From a virus: a DNA stretch of 11,755 bases. The stretch is from the UHGV virus genome UHGV-0258651; one strand, 5' to 3'. Below are positions 1 through 8,434 of the stretch, one piece after another; position 1 is the stretch's first letter, and every line of letters begins with the position of its first letter. Both the position numbers and the translations under genes were made by a program. The notes beneath the pieces are model-generated. The model did no database searches, was not told where the DNA came from, and worked only from the letters and a program-made list of their open reading frames with translations.

Positions 1-182
1 CCAGTGAGCATATTGCGCCGCTTCAGGATGCTGCAGATCTGGAAATTGCAACGGAGGAAGAAATCTCGTTGCTGGAAGCATGGAAAAAGTATCGGGTATT
101 GCTGAACCGTGTTGATACATCAAGTGCACCGGATATTGAGTGGCCTGCTTCCCCAGTGGAATCAAGGAGTAAACAAGCATAA
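1..182 (+). CDS. tail fiber assembly protein, C-terminal fragment (5' end lies outside window)
   Basis: Frame 3 is open from the window edge and translates to ...[47 protein letters not shown], with stop TAA at 180-182. The [21 protein letters not shown] tail matches the conserved C-terminus of lambda Tfa / P2 gpG-type proteins as I recall it; not searched. Confidence 0.7.
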   Translation, partial: SEHIAPLQDAADLEIATEEEISLLEAWKKYRVLLNRVDTSSAPDIEWPASPVESRSKQA

Positions 183-215
183 GGCTTTCATTTCAAACCA
201 TTGTAGTCCAGTTTT

Positions 216-1454
216 TTGTATAGTACCCTGCTCATTTCGAATGACATGAGTGATTTGGAATTTCAGGGTGCCATTATGAATGTTATTTCATCATTAAAAC
301 AGCTTAACAGACAGCGAAATATTAAAACAAAAAAGATAAAGACGAAGGCCAGACTGGCATTTCTAAAAATGCGATACAGAAGGAAAACATCATTACAGCC
401 GGATAGTTATAAAACAGTGTGCATTTTCATGCACATGCAGGCCATTGGTGACGGCATCGTTACCTCAGGGTTTATTAAACAACTTCAAGAATCCGGCATG
501 GTGGTATATGTGATAGCACCTCCAAGAGTATCATTCCTCTTTACTGATATTGTTGGCGTGGATGCCTTTATTTCTTACGAGAAAAATAAATTTAACGAAC
601 TAAAAGCAAAGATAAAAAAACTGAATGTAGATCTTGTTGTTGACTTCTCAAATTTTGATAACACAGCGATAACCAGATTGCAAACACTACATTTACTTAA
701 ACCTAAACACTCTATCTGTTTTAATCATCCTGCCGTAACTATTTTTGATACAAATATAACCGATAATCGTTCCATTCACTCATCTGAAAGAATGAAAAAA
801 GTTTTATCTTTACTAAAGATAAAAAATAATGATTACGCTGCAGCGCTTAATTTTGACAACAAAATATATGAACCAGCAAATATTGTTGCAAATGAATTCA
901 GGAAGAAAAACAAAAAATTAGTTATATTTAACCCTTATGGCTCTCAGAATAGCAGAACCTTGTCTGATGAACAGATAAACAAAGTACTAGCTTACCTTAA
1001 CAACCTTAAGGGATATCACACAATAGTTTTTAACATGGGAAAACAGATTAATCACAATGGATTGGATAATGTGTCTCTATCTCCATTTTCTGATGCAGGA
1101 TGTTCATTTGCATTGGTTCGCCATGCTGATTTTGTTATAACTGTAGATACTGCTATTGTACATTTAGCCAGTGCATTAAACATTAGACAATACTGTATAT
1201 ATAATAACAGAATGCATGAAGGAAAATTCGAAAATAATATAGTGTGGGGGCCAAACAGCAAATTAGCGACTCAACTCACCACATCCGAACATCTAAGGTC
1301 TGAAGGGGGCGACGATATGCATAAATTCGACATAATGCTTTTAATTAATGCTATCAAACAAGATTTGACAAACGATATACCGAATTACCACTCGGATTTA
1401 GGTTGTAAAAATAGCTCCAGAAACCCAGAATTAGAAAGTAGCAAATCTTTATAA
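216..1454 (+). CDS. glycosyltransferase family 9 (heptosyltransferase-like) protein, AT-rich moron; true start uncertain
   Basis: 412-aa ORF from the track. It has an N-proximal KTVCIFMHMQAIGDGIVTSGFIKQL segment and a C-terminal VITVDTAIVHLASALNIRQYCIY segment, resembling the GT9 (WaaC/WaaF-type) signatures. Strongly AT-rich compared with the neighbouring tail genes. The track start at 216 is a TTG; in-frame ATGs at 246, 276 and 369 are alternative starts, and no convincing SD precedes any of them. Confidence 0.55.
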   Translation: MYSTLLISNDMSDLEFQGAIMNVISSLKQLNRQRNIKTKKIKTKARLAFLKMRYRRKTSLQPDSYKTVCIFMHMQAIGDGIVTSGFIKQLQESGMVVYVIAPPRVSFLFTDIVGVDAFISYEKNKFNELKAKIKKLNVDLVVDFSNFDNTAITRLQTLHLLKPKHSICFNHPAVTIFDTNITDNRSIHSSERMKKVLSLLKIKNNDYAAALNFDNKIYEPANIVANEFRKKNKKLVIFNPYGSQNSRTLSDEQINKVLAYLNNLKGYHTIVFNMGKQINHNGLDNVSLSPFSDAGCSFALVRHADFVITVDTAIVHLASALNIRQYCIYNNRMHEGKFENNIVWGPNSKLATQLTTSEHLRSEGGDDMHKFDIMLLINAIKQDLTNDIPNYHSDLGCKNSSRNPELESSKSL

Positions 1455-1507
1455 CGTAGAAACCTCAACTGTTTTATCAGGACCTACGATATATTATATA
1501 ACAACAA

Positions 1508-1541
1508 GCCGCCCATTACCCAATATGAGGGTATTGGCGGC
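1508..1541. other. imperfect stem-loop between convergent GT9-like gene and gpU
   Basis: gccgcccattaccc / aatatga / gggtattggcggc forms a roughly 13-bp stem with one bulge. It lies between the stop of the + gene (1454) and the stop of the - gene (1551). No clean T-run on either side, so its role as a terminator is uncertain. Confidence 0.3.
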
Positions 1542-1550
1542 AATATAAAA

Positions 1551-2045
1551 TCAGAACAGCCCTTTAACTGAACTGGCCGCGCTGTTAAGAGATGATGTCA
1601 CCTTATCTTTGAAGCCGGACAACATATCGCTGAACGATGAGGATTGCAGGCGCTCCCGCAAATCCTCATCACAGCGTTCAAGAGTCAGTGAAAATTCTAT
1701 CTTTTTCGCCTTACCGTAGCGATCAAACTCGGAACGGGTCGTATTCGTTTCAGTCAGCACATACATGCCGTAAATCTGCCCGACACCATCAATCAGAGGC
1801 CAGGGGCGTCCTGTATACGCCTGCGTGGTCAGCAGCGACAGGGACACTTCGCCACCTGTAATTTCAGGATAAAGCACACCAGAAAGAACGATGCGATCAT
1901 CACCTGCACCGATATACTGCCAGCTTGCTGAACGGTTAACGCGTTCATTTTTCACATGCCGCCAGCTTTTGTTTTGCTGTAACTGTTGATGCGGCAATGT
2001 ACGCAGCTCAAAAACAAACATGCCATAGATCATCATCATGGCCAT
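1551..2045 (-). CDS. U: phage tail protein gpU (P2 gpU family)
   Basis: 164-aa ORF; MMMIYGMFVFELRTLPHQ...WRH...YPEITGGEVSL...WPLIDGVGQIYG pattern fits the P2 gpU family, and it sits immediately downstream of the tape measure gene. The GGAG SD is 8 nt upstream of the third ATG (2039), so the true start is probably 2039 or 2036. Confidence 0.8.
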   Translation of the reverse strand: MAMMMIYGMFVFELRTLPHQQLQQNKSWRHVKNERVNRSASWQYIGAGDDRIVLSGVLYPEITGGEVSLSLLTTQAYTGRPWPLIDGVGQIYGMYVLTETNTTRSEFDRYGKAKKIEFSLTLERCDEDLRERLQSSSFSDMLSGFKDKVTSSLNSAASSVKGLF

Positions 2046-2051
2046 GACTCC

Positions 2052-4895
2052 TCAATCTTTATCGTAAAAACTGCCACGTCCGGCACGGGCGCGCCGTTCC
2101 ATCTCTGCCCTGACCATTTCGCCGACCAGTTTCGCCAGTTCGCGGGGATTCTGTGTAACAACGTTATGCAGATGAACATGAATTTCACCACCAAATCCGG
2201 AGGCAACAGACTCCCGGTTACGGGAAGTTACAGGAACTGATGCCACTGGAGATCGTATAGCCTCCGCCACCGGGCGGGAGCTGGCCGCAACAACAGGGAC
2301 CAGCGCCGGAGGCAGCGGAGCCGGGACCACGGGTGTGATATTAATTGCGGGGGCAGGCTTACTGACCTGCGCAATCTTCCGCTCCTGCCACTCCCCACGA
2401 ACAGCAAGTGCTCGGGGCAGGTTTTTAAAGACAATATCGCCGGGGCCAATGCGTTTTTTCGTCTCCTCAACCAGCTTACCTGTGTTATCAGCAATTTTGC
2501 TGAGTCTGCGCAGCGTACCGGTATTGCTGTCTGTGAGCGGTTTATTGTCTTTGGGGTTATCACCTCCGGTGCCATTGCCATTTTCCACAGGCTTCGGCGG
2601 ATTGATTTTCGCCAGGTCCCCCTGAAGCAAGGCAACCTTGTCCTGAAGAATGGCCGCACGCTGTGCGTCTTCGATTTTCTTGCGCGCCCTTTCCGCTTCA
2701 TCCGGAAGCACACCAAGCTTTTCAAGTATCCACGCCAGCGTATCCAGCAACATTTTTGCAGGTGTCAGAACAAGTTGTAACGCACCGCCAAGAACGTTAC
2801 CGAATATCTCGCCAGCACTGGTACATTTATCCAGAGTTTCCTTGCTGGACTCCATCGGTGACAGCAGCGATTTAAACCAGTTAAACACCTGGCTGATCCC
2901 ACTCCCGATTGCGTCAAAAACAGGACCAAACCGTTCAAAGGTTTCGCGCAACGGGGTCAGCCTTTCCATAATCCCGCTGAACACCCCGGCAAAAAATGCC
3001 CTGATGGGATCCCAGTATTTCCAGATAAGAACGGCAGCTCCGGCAAGCGCAGCCACGATAAGACCAACCGGACTGAACAGCGCCCCGATAGCGCCTCCCA
3101 GTAAAGAAACGGAACCCGTCACCATTCCCCATAGTGCTGGCAGAACCCTGACAGCATTCATTGATCCGGTCAGGAGGGAAAAACCAAGACGCAGTTTTGC
3201 CAGCGGGCCAGCAAGCACACCAATAGCCAGCGACAACGAGCCAACCGTTGCAGTCATTGCCAGCAGTGCACCGCCTGCAATCAGTAGCTGGCGCGTCAGT
3301 GCGGGATGGGCCTGCGCCAGCGCCGTCACCTTTGATACCACACGCGTGAGCCACTGCGTGACAGAACGCAGCGGACCGTCAATCAGATCTGCAATGCGGA
3401 TGCGCAACCCTTCCCATGCACTGCCGAGTGATTTCAGATCGCCGTCAAGGTTGTTGGCCATAACCTTTGCTGTGCGTTCAGCCTCACCGCGTGCGCCTTC
3501 AAGTTCTTTTCTCAGTTTAGGTAAGGAACCGTCACCCGCTGCATCAACGAGCGCCATAAACGATGTGAAAGCCTCTTCTCCGGCAATGTCCTTAAAGAAC
3601 GATACCCGGTCAACTTCCCCGTATTTGCGGGTGGCTTTATAAAGGTCGGCCAGCACATTCTCCATCGGGCGCATTTTGCCGTTCGCGTCAGAGACTGCCA
3701 CACCAAGCTCTTTCAGCGCCTCTGCTGCCGCCTTTGGCGGTGATGCCAGACGAGCCAGGCTGGCACGCATTGCCGTCCCGGCATCACTTCCCCTGATACC
3801 CATATTCGCCAGCACGCCCGCCATCGCTGCGGCCTGCTCCAGCGATATTCCCAGCTTGCCCGCCACCGGACCTGCATATTTCATGGTTTCGCCCAGTGCG
3901 CGAAGGTCAGTGTTGGTACGGGTAAACGCTGCGGTGAGCGTGTCACCGACCCGGTCCATCTGGTCGGCAGAAAGGCCGAACTGCGTCAGGATGTTTGAGC
4001 CAATATCCGCCGTCTCGCCGAGATCCATACCGCCAGCCGTTGCCATGCTCAGCACACCGGGAAGCGCAGCCTGAATGGCCTGTGGTGTGAAGCCAGCCAT
4101 TGCAAGAAATGCCTGCCCACTGGCGGCATCGCCTGCGGCGAACTGCGTTTCAGAGCCAAGTTTTAACGCCTGCTCACGCAGCGCCTTAAACTGCGGGCTG
4201 TTTTTGTCGATTCGCGTCAGTGCCTGAACGCGGGACATCTCTTTCCCGAACCCGATCGCAGGCTGCAAAAAACGCCCGGCAGCATAGCCGCCAGCCGCTG
4301 CCGCACCAATTGCCAGCGCACCACCTGTTTTCAGTTTTCCTGCTGTTTCCTGCGCGCGCGAATACCGCTCACGCGCCCGCGTTACACGCGCAAGCGCCTG
4401 CCGTTCGCGTTCAAGCTGGTTGTTGTACTGTTCGGTGCGTCTGATGGCCTGCTGGATGGTGTTATCGCTGCCTGTCAGGGAAATGCCGTGGCGTTTCAGC
4501 TCTCCGCCAAGTTCCCGCATTTTCTGAATTTCCCGTGTGCGCGATTCATTCAGGCGTTCAAGCCGGGTGCTTAACTGCTGCATCAGCTTTTGTTGTTTTT
4601 CGCTGAGCACTGTACCCGTGCGTTGTAACTGATTAAGGGCGTTAAGCTGGCGTCGTGCTTTCACGATGCCCGCATCCGCTTTACTGACAGCGTCACGGGC
4701 GCGCTCAAATGAACGCGCCTGACGCTCGAGATTTTTGATCGCCCCCTGCGTTCGCTGGATGGAGTCACCAAACTGCCCCATCAGGCGGCGGGCGTTTTCG
4801 GCAGGCCGGGTCAGCCTGTCAACGGCGCTGAAAGCGACCCGGATATCAAGAGTCTTCATTGTCTGCATTCCCGCTGCGAAGTGCCGCCCGCTCAC
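2052..4895 (-). CDS. T: tail tape measure protein (P2 gpT-like)
   Basis: 947-aa ORF, coiled-coil/Ala-Gly-rich with central hydrophobic segments (GGALAIGAAAAGGYAAG...), located between E/E' and U as in P2. The track start at 4895 is GTG; in-frame ATGs at 4868 and 4859 are more likely starts. The E' extension overlaps this start. Confidence 0.85.
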   Translation of the reverse strand: MSGRHFAAGMQTMKTLDIRVAFSAVDRLTRPAENARRLMGQFGDSIQRTQGAIKNLERQARSFERARDAVSKADAGIVKARRQLNALNQLQRTGTVLSEKQQKLMQQLSTRLERLNESRTREIQKMRELGGELKRHGISLTGSDNTIQQAIRRTEQYNNQLERERQALARVTRARERYSRAQETAGKLKTGGALAIGAAAAGGYAAGRFLQPAIGFGKEMSRVQALTRIDKNSPQFKALREQALKLGSETQFAAGDAASGQAFLAMAGFTPQAIQAALPGVLSMATAGGMDLGETADIGSNILTQFGLSADQMDRVGDTLTAAFTRTNTDLRALGETMKYAGPVAGKLGISLEQAAAMAGVLANMGIRGSDAGTAMRASLARLASPPKAAAEALKELGVAVSDANGKMRPMENVLADLYKATRKYGEVDRVSFFKDIAGEEAFTSFMALVDAAGDGSLPKLRKELEGARGEAERTAKVMANNLDGDLKSLGSAWEGLRIRIADLIDGPLRSVTQWLTRVVSKVTALAQAHPALTRQLLIAGGALLAMTATVGSLSLAIGVLAGPLAKLRLGFSLLTGSMNAVRVLPALWGMVTGSVSLLGGAIGALFSPVGLIVAALAGAAVLIWKYWDPIRAFFAGVFSGIMERLTPLRETFERFGPVFDAIGSGISQVFNWFKSLLSPMESSKETLDKCTSAGEIFGNVLGGALQLVLTPAKMLLDTLAWILEKLGVLPDEAERARKKIEDAQRAAILQDKVALLQGDLAKINPPKPVENGNGTGGDNPKDNKPLTDSNTGTLRRLSKIADNTGKLVEETKKRIGPGDIVFKNLPRALAVRGEWQERKIAQVSKPAPAINITPVVPAPLPPALVPVVAASSRPVAEAIRSPVASVPVTSRNRESVASGFGGEIHVHLHNVVTQNPRELAKLVGEMVRAEMERRARAGRGSFYDKD

Positions 4896-5375
4896 GCCAG
4901 CTAACCACTTCGCCGGGCGTCATCATGAAGATTTCGGCGGGCGACCAGTTAAAAATGGCGGCAATATCCGCCACAAAGTCTTCTATGTGCTCAAAGCACA
5001 CAACCGTGATCAGGCTTCCGTCGCCTGTTCGTTCTTCCCGCCAGAGTCCGCACCGCTCAAAAAATTTACGGCAACCACACATAACTGAATAAAGTCACGG
5101 GATGCCATTTTTTTGATCGTCACTTCATCCAGTCGCGGTGATGTCACGCGTGACAGCAGCGTAAACATGGATTCCGCTTTCAAATTCAGCACATCAGACA
5201 GCGACAAATCTCGCAGAGATCCAGCCTGCTCAATAGCTCCGGTGATCTCCACATACGTGATTTTTTCGCCGCCTCGCTCAATTGGTTGGGTAAGTTTTAC
5301 GCCACGCTCACTGGTTTCTTTCACAGTGTCAGTAACTACCGTGTTTTCGGTATCGATGTTTTTCGTCTCTTTCAT
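4846..5375 (-). CDS. tail assembly chaperone E+E' (programmed -1 frameshift fusion product)
   Basis: E frame (5375..5010) and the overlapping -1 frame ORF (5082..4846) are joined at slippery heptamer T_TTT_TTG (minus strand, 5064..5058), which is in the correct phase of the E frame. After the shift the reading continues ERCGLWREERTGDG... to a stop at 4846. Same arrangement as P2 E/E' and lambda G/GT. Confidence 0.75.
5010..5375 (-). CDS. E: tail assembly chaperone gpE (unshifted product)
   Basis: 121-aa ORF directly downstream of FII on the minus strand, with AAGGAG SD 7 nt upstream of ATG at 5375. Contains the slippery site near its 3' end. Confidence 0.8.
   Translation of the reverse strand: MKETKNIDTENTVVTDTVKETSERGVKLTQPIERGGEKITYVEITGAIEQAGSLRDLSLSDVLNLKAESMFTLLSRVTSPRLDEVTIKKMASRDFIQLCVVAVNFLSGADSGGKNEQATEA
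5058..5064 (-). other. -1 ribosomal frameshift slippery heptamer TTTTTTG
   Basis: Plus strand 5058-5064 is caaaaaa, which is T TTT TTG on the minus strand. Zero-frame codons TTT and TTG were verified by stepping codons back from the E stop codon at 5012..5010. Confidence 0.75.
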
Positions 5376-5429
5376 CAGGAAACTCCTTTCAGTCAGAGGC
5401 GACGCACTGCGCCGCCTGCATATTACTTA

Positions 5430-5942
5430 TCAGCCAAGCCCGAGCGCGGAACGGATGCGATCGGGCACAATGTCCTTGCCGTCCTTCCGGTAAATGAAGT
5501 TCAGCAGGTCAATCTCCCACAACGGGCGATCGTTAACACTCAGCTTGTAGTAGGTGTTTTTAATGGCGTAAGTGTGTGATGTGGCTTCGCCCTGTTTGGC
5601 TTCCCCCATATCAATTTCCGTCACACGTCCGCGCATTTCGACTTCATACAGGTCGCTTTCTGCATCGGTGTAGTATTCACCCGCAAAACGCAGCAGCGTG
5701 CCGTCAATCGTGCCGCCATACTTAAGGAACAGCTCACGAACTGCGCCCCCCATGACAAAGCTCGCATCAAGCGCGGAGTCGTCCAGACCGAGATCAATAC
5801 TTACCGCTCCCATCATGCCACCACCCCGGTAGCTGTCGGTTTTGCGCGTCAGCTTAGGCAGAGTGACGGACGTCACCTTACCCACTTCGTTTTCACCATC
5901 CACAAACAGCGTAAAAAAGCGAAGATGTTTTGGTACAGCCAT
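5430..5942 (-). CDS. FII: tail tube protein (P2 gpFII-like)
   Basis: 170-aa ORF (P2 FII is about 172 aa) immediately downstream of the sheath gene. Its start ATG overlaps the FI stop (TGATG at 5944..5940), indicating translational coupling; GGGAGG SD upstream. Confidence 0.9.
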   Translation of the reverse strand: MAVPKHLRFFTLFVDGENEVGKVTSVTLPKLTRKTDSYRGGGMMGAVSIDLGLDDSALDASFVMGGAVRELFLKYGGTIDGTLLRFAGEYYTDAESDLYEVEMRGRVTEIDMGEAKQGEATSHTYAIKNTYYKLSVNDRPLWEIDLLNFIYRKDGKDIVPDRIRSALGLG

Positions 5943-7126
5943 CAGGCACCTCCCAGCACCGCAAATGCGGGACCAAAGAATTCATCAGTAAACGACTGGT
6001 AAAGCTCCATGTCTTCCAGCGGGGGAACAGGCGTATATTTGTAGCGAATACGCACGCGCCCCTGACGTAAATTCGTGGTGCCGTTATCCACCACGTCATA
6101 CCAGCACGACGCCCCAATCAGTTTCCCGGCAGTAACCAGTGAATCCAGTTTTGCCCTGATAGCACTGATAACATCCTTCACGTTCGCAGGCGTCAGTGGA
6201 CTGTCGATGGTTTCAAACTGCGCTTCCGCAATTGAATCAGCCAGCACCTGTGCGGTTCGGGTATACACCTCAAAGATGTAGGCGTTCGTTTCCGGTGTGC
6301 GGTTGCCCCAGAAGCGGAACCCGTTGCGACGAATAATGGTCGTGATTTCTTTGTTGTTGAGGCTGTTGGCATCACTGTCTTCGGCCTGCAACGACCAGAA
6401 CACATGCCTGGACATCCCCAGCACATTTTTAACCGGAACGTTGGACAGCGATTTGTGCCAGCCCTGCTCATGGTCAATGTACGCACGAAGGCCGCACGCA
6501 TAGGCAGGCGCGGGGAACGTTTCGTTTTTGCCACTTTTCGGGTTGTAGGCGATGAAGTCCGGCCATAAGAGCATCACCTCACGTTCGTTGAATTTCTGGC
6601 GGTAGGTAATTGCCTCAGCCATCGTGTTACAGTCATGACATGAGGCATACACAAACGCGCGCAGTTTACCCGCAATCACGCACAGGGATTTTGTCACCGC
6701 CTCCGTGTCCAGCTCCGGCGCGGCCAGAATACGCGGACGGTATCCGATGCTTTCATCCTGCTCTGCAACAAGCAGCGCATACATCCCCGTATAGCTGCCG
6801 TCATCCTCAGAACCACCGATAACCAGTTGATCCTGCGTCTTACCGCCTTCTTCTTTGTGTTCAGCCACGCGAACGACGATCACTTTTGTGCTCACCTGGT
6901 CTGCGATAGCCTTAAGCGCACGATAAAGCGTCCCCGTAGTCCCGCATTTTCCCAGCACGTCATTGACGCGGGTCAGCAGTGTGGGCTTGTTCAGCGGGAA
7001 CAGCTCCGCATCCGCATCATCCGCCGTTGCCACGATACCGATAACGCTGGAATCAACATCATTAATCGCTGTTACCAGGTCGGTACTTTCCGTGACACGG
7101 GCACCATGAAAACGAGTTTCACTCAT
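5942..7126 (-). CDS. FI: contractile tail sheath protein (P2 gpFI-like)
   Basis: 394-aa ORF (P2 FI is about 396 aa), sheath-like sequence, AAGGGG SD about 8 nt upstream of ATG at 7126. Followed by tube, chaperone and tape measure genes in canonical order. Confidence 0.9.
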   Translation of the reverse strand: MSETRFHGARVTESTDLVTAINDVDSSVIGIVATADDADAELFPLNKPTLLTRVNDVLGKCGTTGTLYRALKAIADQVSTKVIVVRVAEHKEEGGKTQDQLVIGGSEDDGSYTGMYALLVAEQDESIGYRPRILAAPELDTEAVTKSLCVIAGKLRAFVYASCHDCNTMAEAITYRQKFNEREVMLLWPDFIAYNPKSGKNETFPAPAYACGLRAYIDHEQGWHKSLSNVPVKNVLGMSRHVFWSLQAEDSDANSLNNKEITTIIRRNGFRFWGNRTPETNAYIFEVYTRTAQVLADSIAEAQFETIDSPLTPANVKDVISAIRAKLDSLVTAGKLIGASCWYDVVDNGTTNLRQGRVRIRYKYTPVPPLEDMELYQSFTDEFFGPAFAVLGGA

Positions 7127-7282
7127 AGCTTCAGCCCCTTGTATCCGTTAAATGATTCGGCAACAATCATCACCCACCACGCGCGTAATCTCACCCCTGC
7201 GCCGTTCTCCCGCCACGGCGACAACAAAAAGCAGTAACCCACTCCGCACGCACATGCGACCATGCCGCACAGGGAGGGAAAG

Positions 7283-8392
7283 ATGACCAACACCACCATG
7301 CAATTGCTCAGTCAGGGCACAGACCCCGTGAAAATGCCGGATTTTGATATTCTCGCGGAGGGGGAAACGCTGTCCGGCGTGGCAGAGCGCCTGATGAGTC
7401 TGTCACTGACCGACAACCGGGGATTTGAAGCGGACCAGCTCACCATCACGCTGGATGATGCGGATGGTCAGTTGCAGCTACCGCCACGGGGCGCGCGCCT
7501 GACGGTTCTCATTGGCTGGAAAGGCGAACCGCTGACAGAAAAAGGCACTTACATTGTTGATGAAATCGCTCACGAAGGACCGCCGGACAGGCTGACGGTT
7601 TCAGCCAGAAGCGCAGATTTTCGGGATGAATTTAACGTTAAACGTGAGGTGTCCTGGCATGATGTGACCGTTGAGCGAGTGGTATCCGCCATCGCTCATC
7701 GGTACGGTCTGAAACCGCAAATCAGCGAAATGCTGATGGACATCGAAATCGACCACGCCGACCAGACCGAAGAAAGTGACATGTCCTTCCTTACGCGCAT
7801 GGCGGAAATGCTGGGCGCAATCACCACGGTAAAAAGCGGCAATCTGTTATTCATCATGCCAGGTGGTGGCGTGAACGCACAGGGCCAGCCGTTGCCCTCG
7901 TTCGCCATTACACGCAGCAGCGGCGATCGCCATCAGTTCCGCATTGCTGACCGCGAGGCGTATACGGGGGTACGCGCCTACTGGCTTGATCTTAATTACG
8001 GGAAAAAGAAAAAAGTCAGCGTGAAACGCCGCAAACCGCCAAAACCCAAAAAGGAGAAAAGCAGCAGCCGTGAAGGTGATTATATGGAAGGCGCGGAAGG
8101 CAATGTGTTTGTGTTACGCAAGACTTATCAGAACGAGCAGGCAGCAAGACGCGCAGCGGCGGCAAAGTGGCAGCAGCTACAACGCGGAGCCGCATCATTC
8201 TCCATCACGCTGGCGCGTGGACGTGCAGAACTCTACCCCGAAATGCATGGCACGGTAACAGGATTTAAAAGCGAGATTGATAATCAGGACTGGATCATTG
8301 CAAAAGCCGAGCACACCATTGATAACAGCGGCTTTACCACGCAGCTTGAGCTTGAGGCAAAAATCCCGGAATGGATAGCGGAAACAGAGTGA
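7283..8392 (+). CDS. D: tail protein gpD (P2 late control gene D family)
   Basis: The ORF track starts at 7262, but a strong SD (GGGAGGG, 7272-7278) precedes the in-frame ATG at 7283 (MTNTTMQLL...). Product of about 370 aa with gpD-like sequence (LTITLDDADGQL..., C-terminal ...FTTQLELEAKIPEWI), and ogr follows directly as in P2. Confidence 0.8.
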   Translation: MTNTTMQLLSQGTDPVKMPDFDILAEGETLSGVAERLMSLSLTDNRGFEADQLTITLDDADGQLQLPPRGARLTVLIGWKGEPLTEKGTYIVDEIAHEGPPDRLTVSARSADFRDEFNVKREVSWHDVTVERVVSAIAHRYGLKPQISEMLMDIEIDHADQTEESDMSFLTRMAEMLGAITTVKSGNLLFIMPGGGVNAQGQPLPSFAITRSSGDRHQFRIADREAYTGVRAYWLDLNYGKKKKVSVKRRKPPKPKKEKSSSREGDYMEGAEGNVFVLRKTYQNEQAARRAAAAKWQQLQRGAASFSITLARGRAELYPEMHGTVTGFKSEIDNQDWIIAKAEHTIDNSGFTTQLELEAKIPEWIAETE

Positions 8393-8434
8393 GCAACTTA
8401 GAATAGCGGCAGCACCACGTTAAGGGAGGTCGCT

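Noticed and set aside
1052-1261. 69-aa minus-strand ORF inside the GT9-like gene, and the 74-aa plus-strand ORF 1637-1861 inside gpU
   Set aside because: Short antisense ORFs fully contained in better-supported genes.
2228-2725. 165-aa minus-strand ORF overlapping the tape measure gene in another frame (also 2935-3354 and 3512-3706)
   Set aside because: Arg/Cys/Trp-rich out-of-frame translation of the tape measure coding sequence; no independent support.
2650-3642. 330-aa plus-strand ORF (and other plus-strand ORFs at 2335-2625, 2663-2875, 3676-4074, 4220-4444) inside the tape measure gene
   Set aside because: They are antisense to a well-supported 947-aa gene in GC-rich DNA, and their translations are low-complexity (Ala/Ser/Pro/Arg-rich) with no start context; typical shadow ORFs.
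4735-5092. Plus-strand ORFs of 117 aa (4735-5088) and 77 aa (4859-5092) across the E'/T junction
   Set aside because: Antisense to the E' extension and tape measure start; the minus-strand frameshift interpretation explains this region fully.
5113-5579. Plus-strand ORFs of 126 aa and 97 aa opposite gpE and the tube gene
   Set aside because: Antisense shadow ORFs of well-supported minus-strand tail genes.
6827-7237. 136-aa plus-strand ORF overlapping the sheath gene start and the FI/D intergenic region (also 6075-6281, 6297-6503, 6610-6822, 6193-6534 and 5893-6117)
   Set aside because: Antisense or out-of-frame to the sheath gene, with no RBS and an implausible composition.
7127-7282. Ogr-dependent late promoter element (TGT-N12-ACA) upstream of FI or D
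   Set aside because: No convincing match to the dyad was found on either strand by eye, so no promoter call is made.
7696-8258. Small ORFs (70, 60 and 62 aa) within gpD on either strand
   Set aside because: Contained within or antisense to gpD; no start signals.
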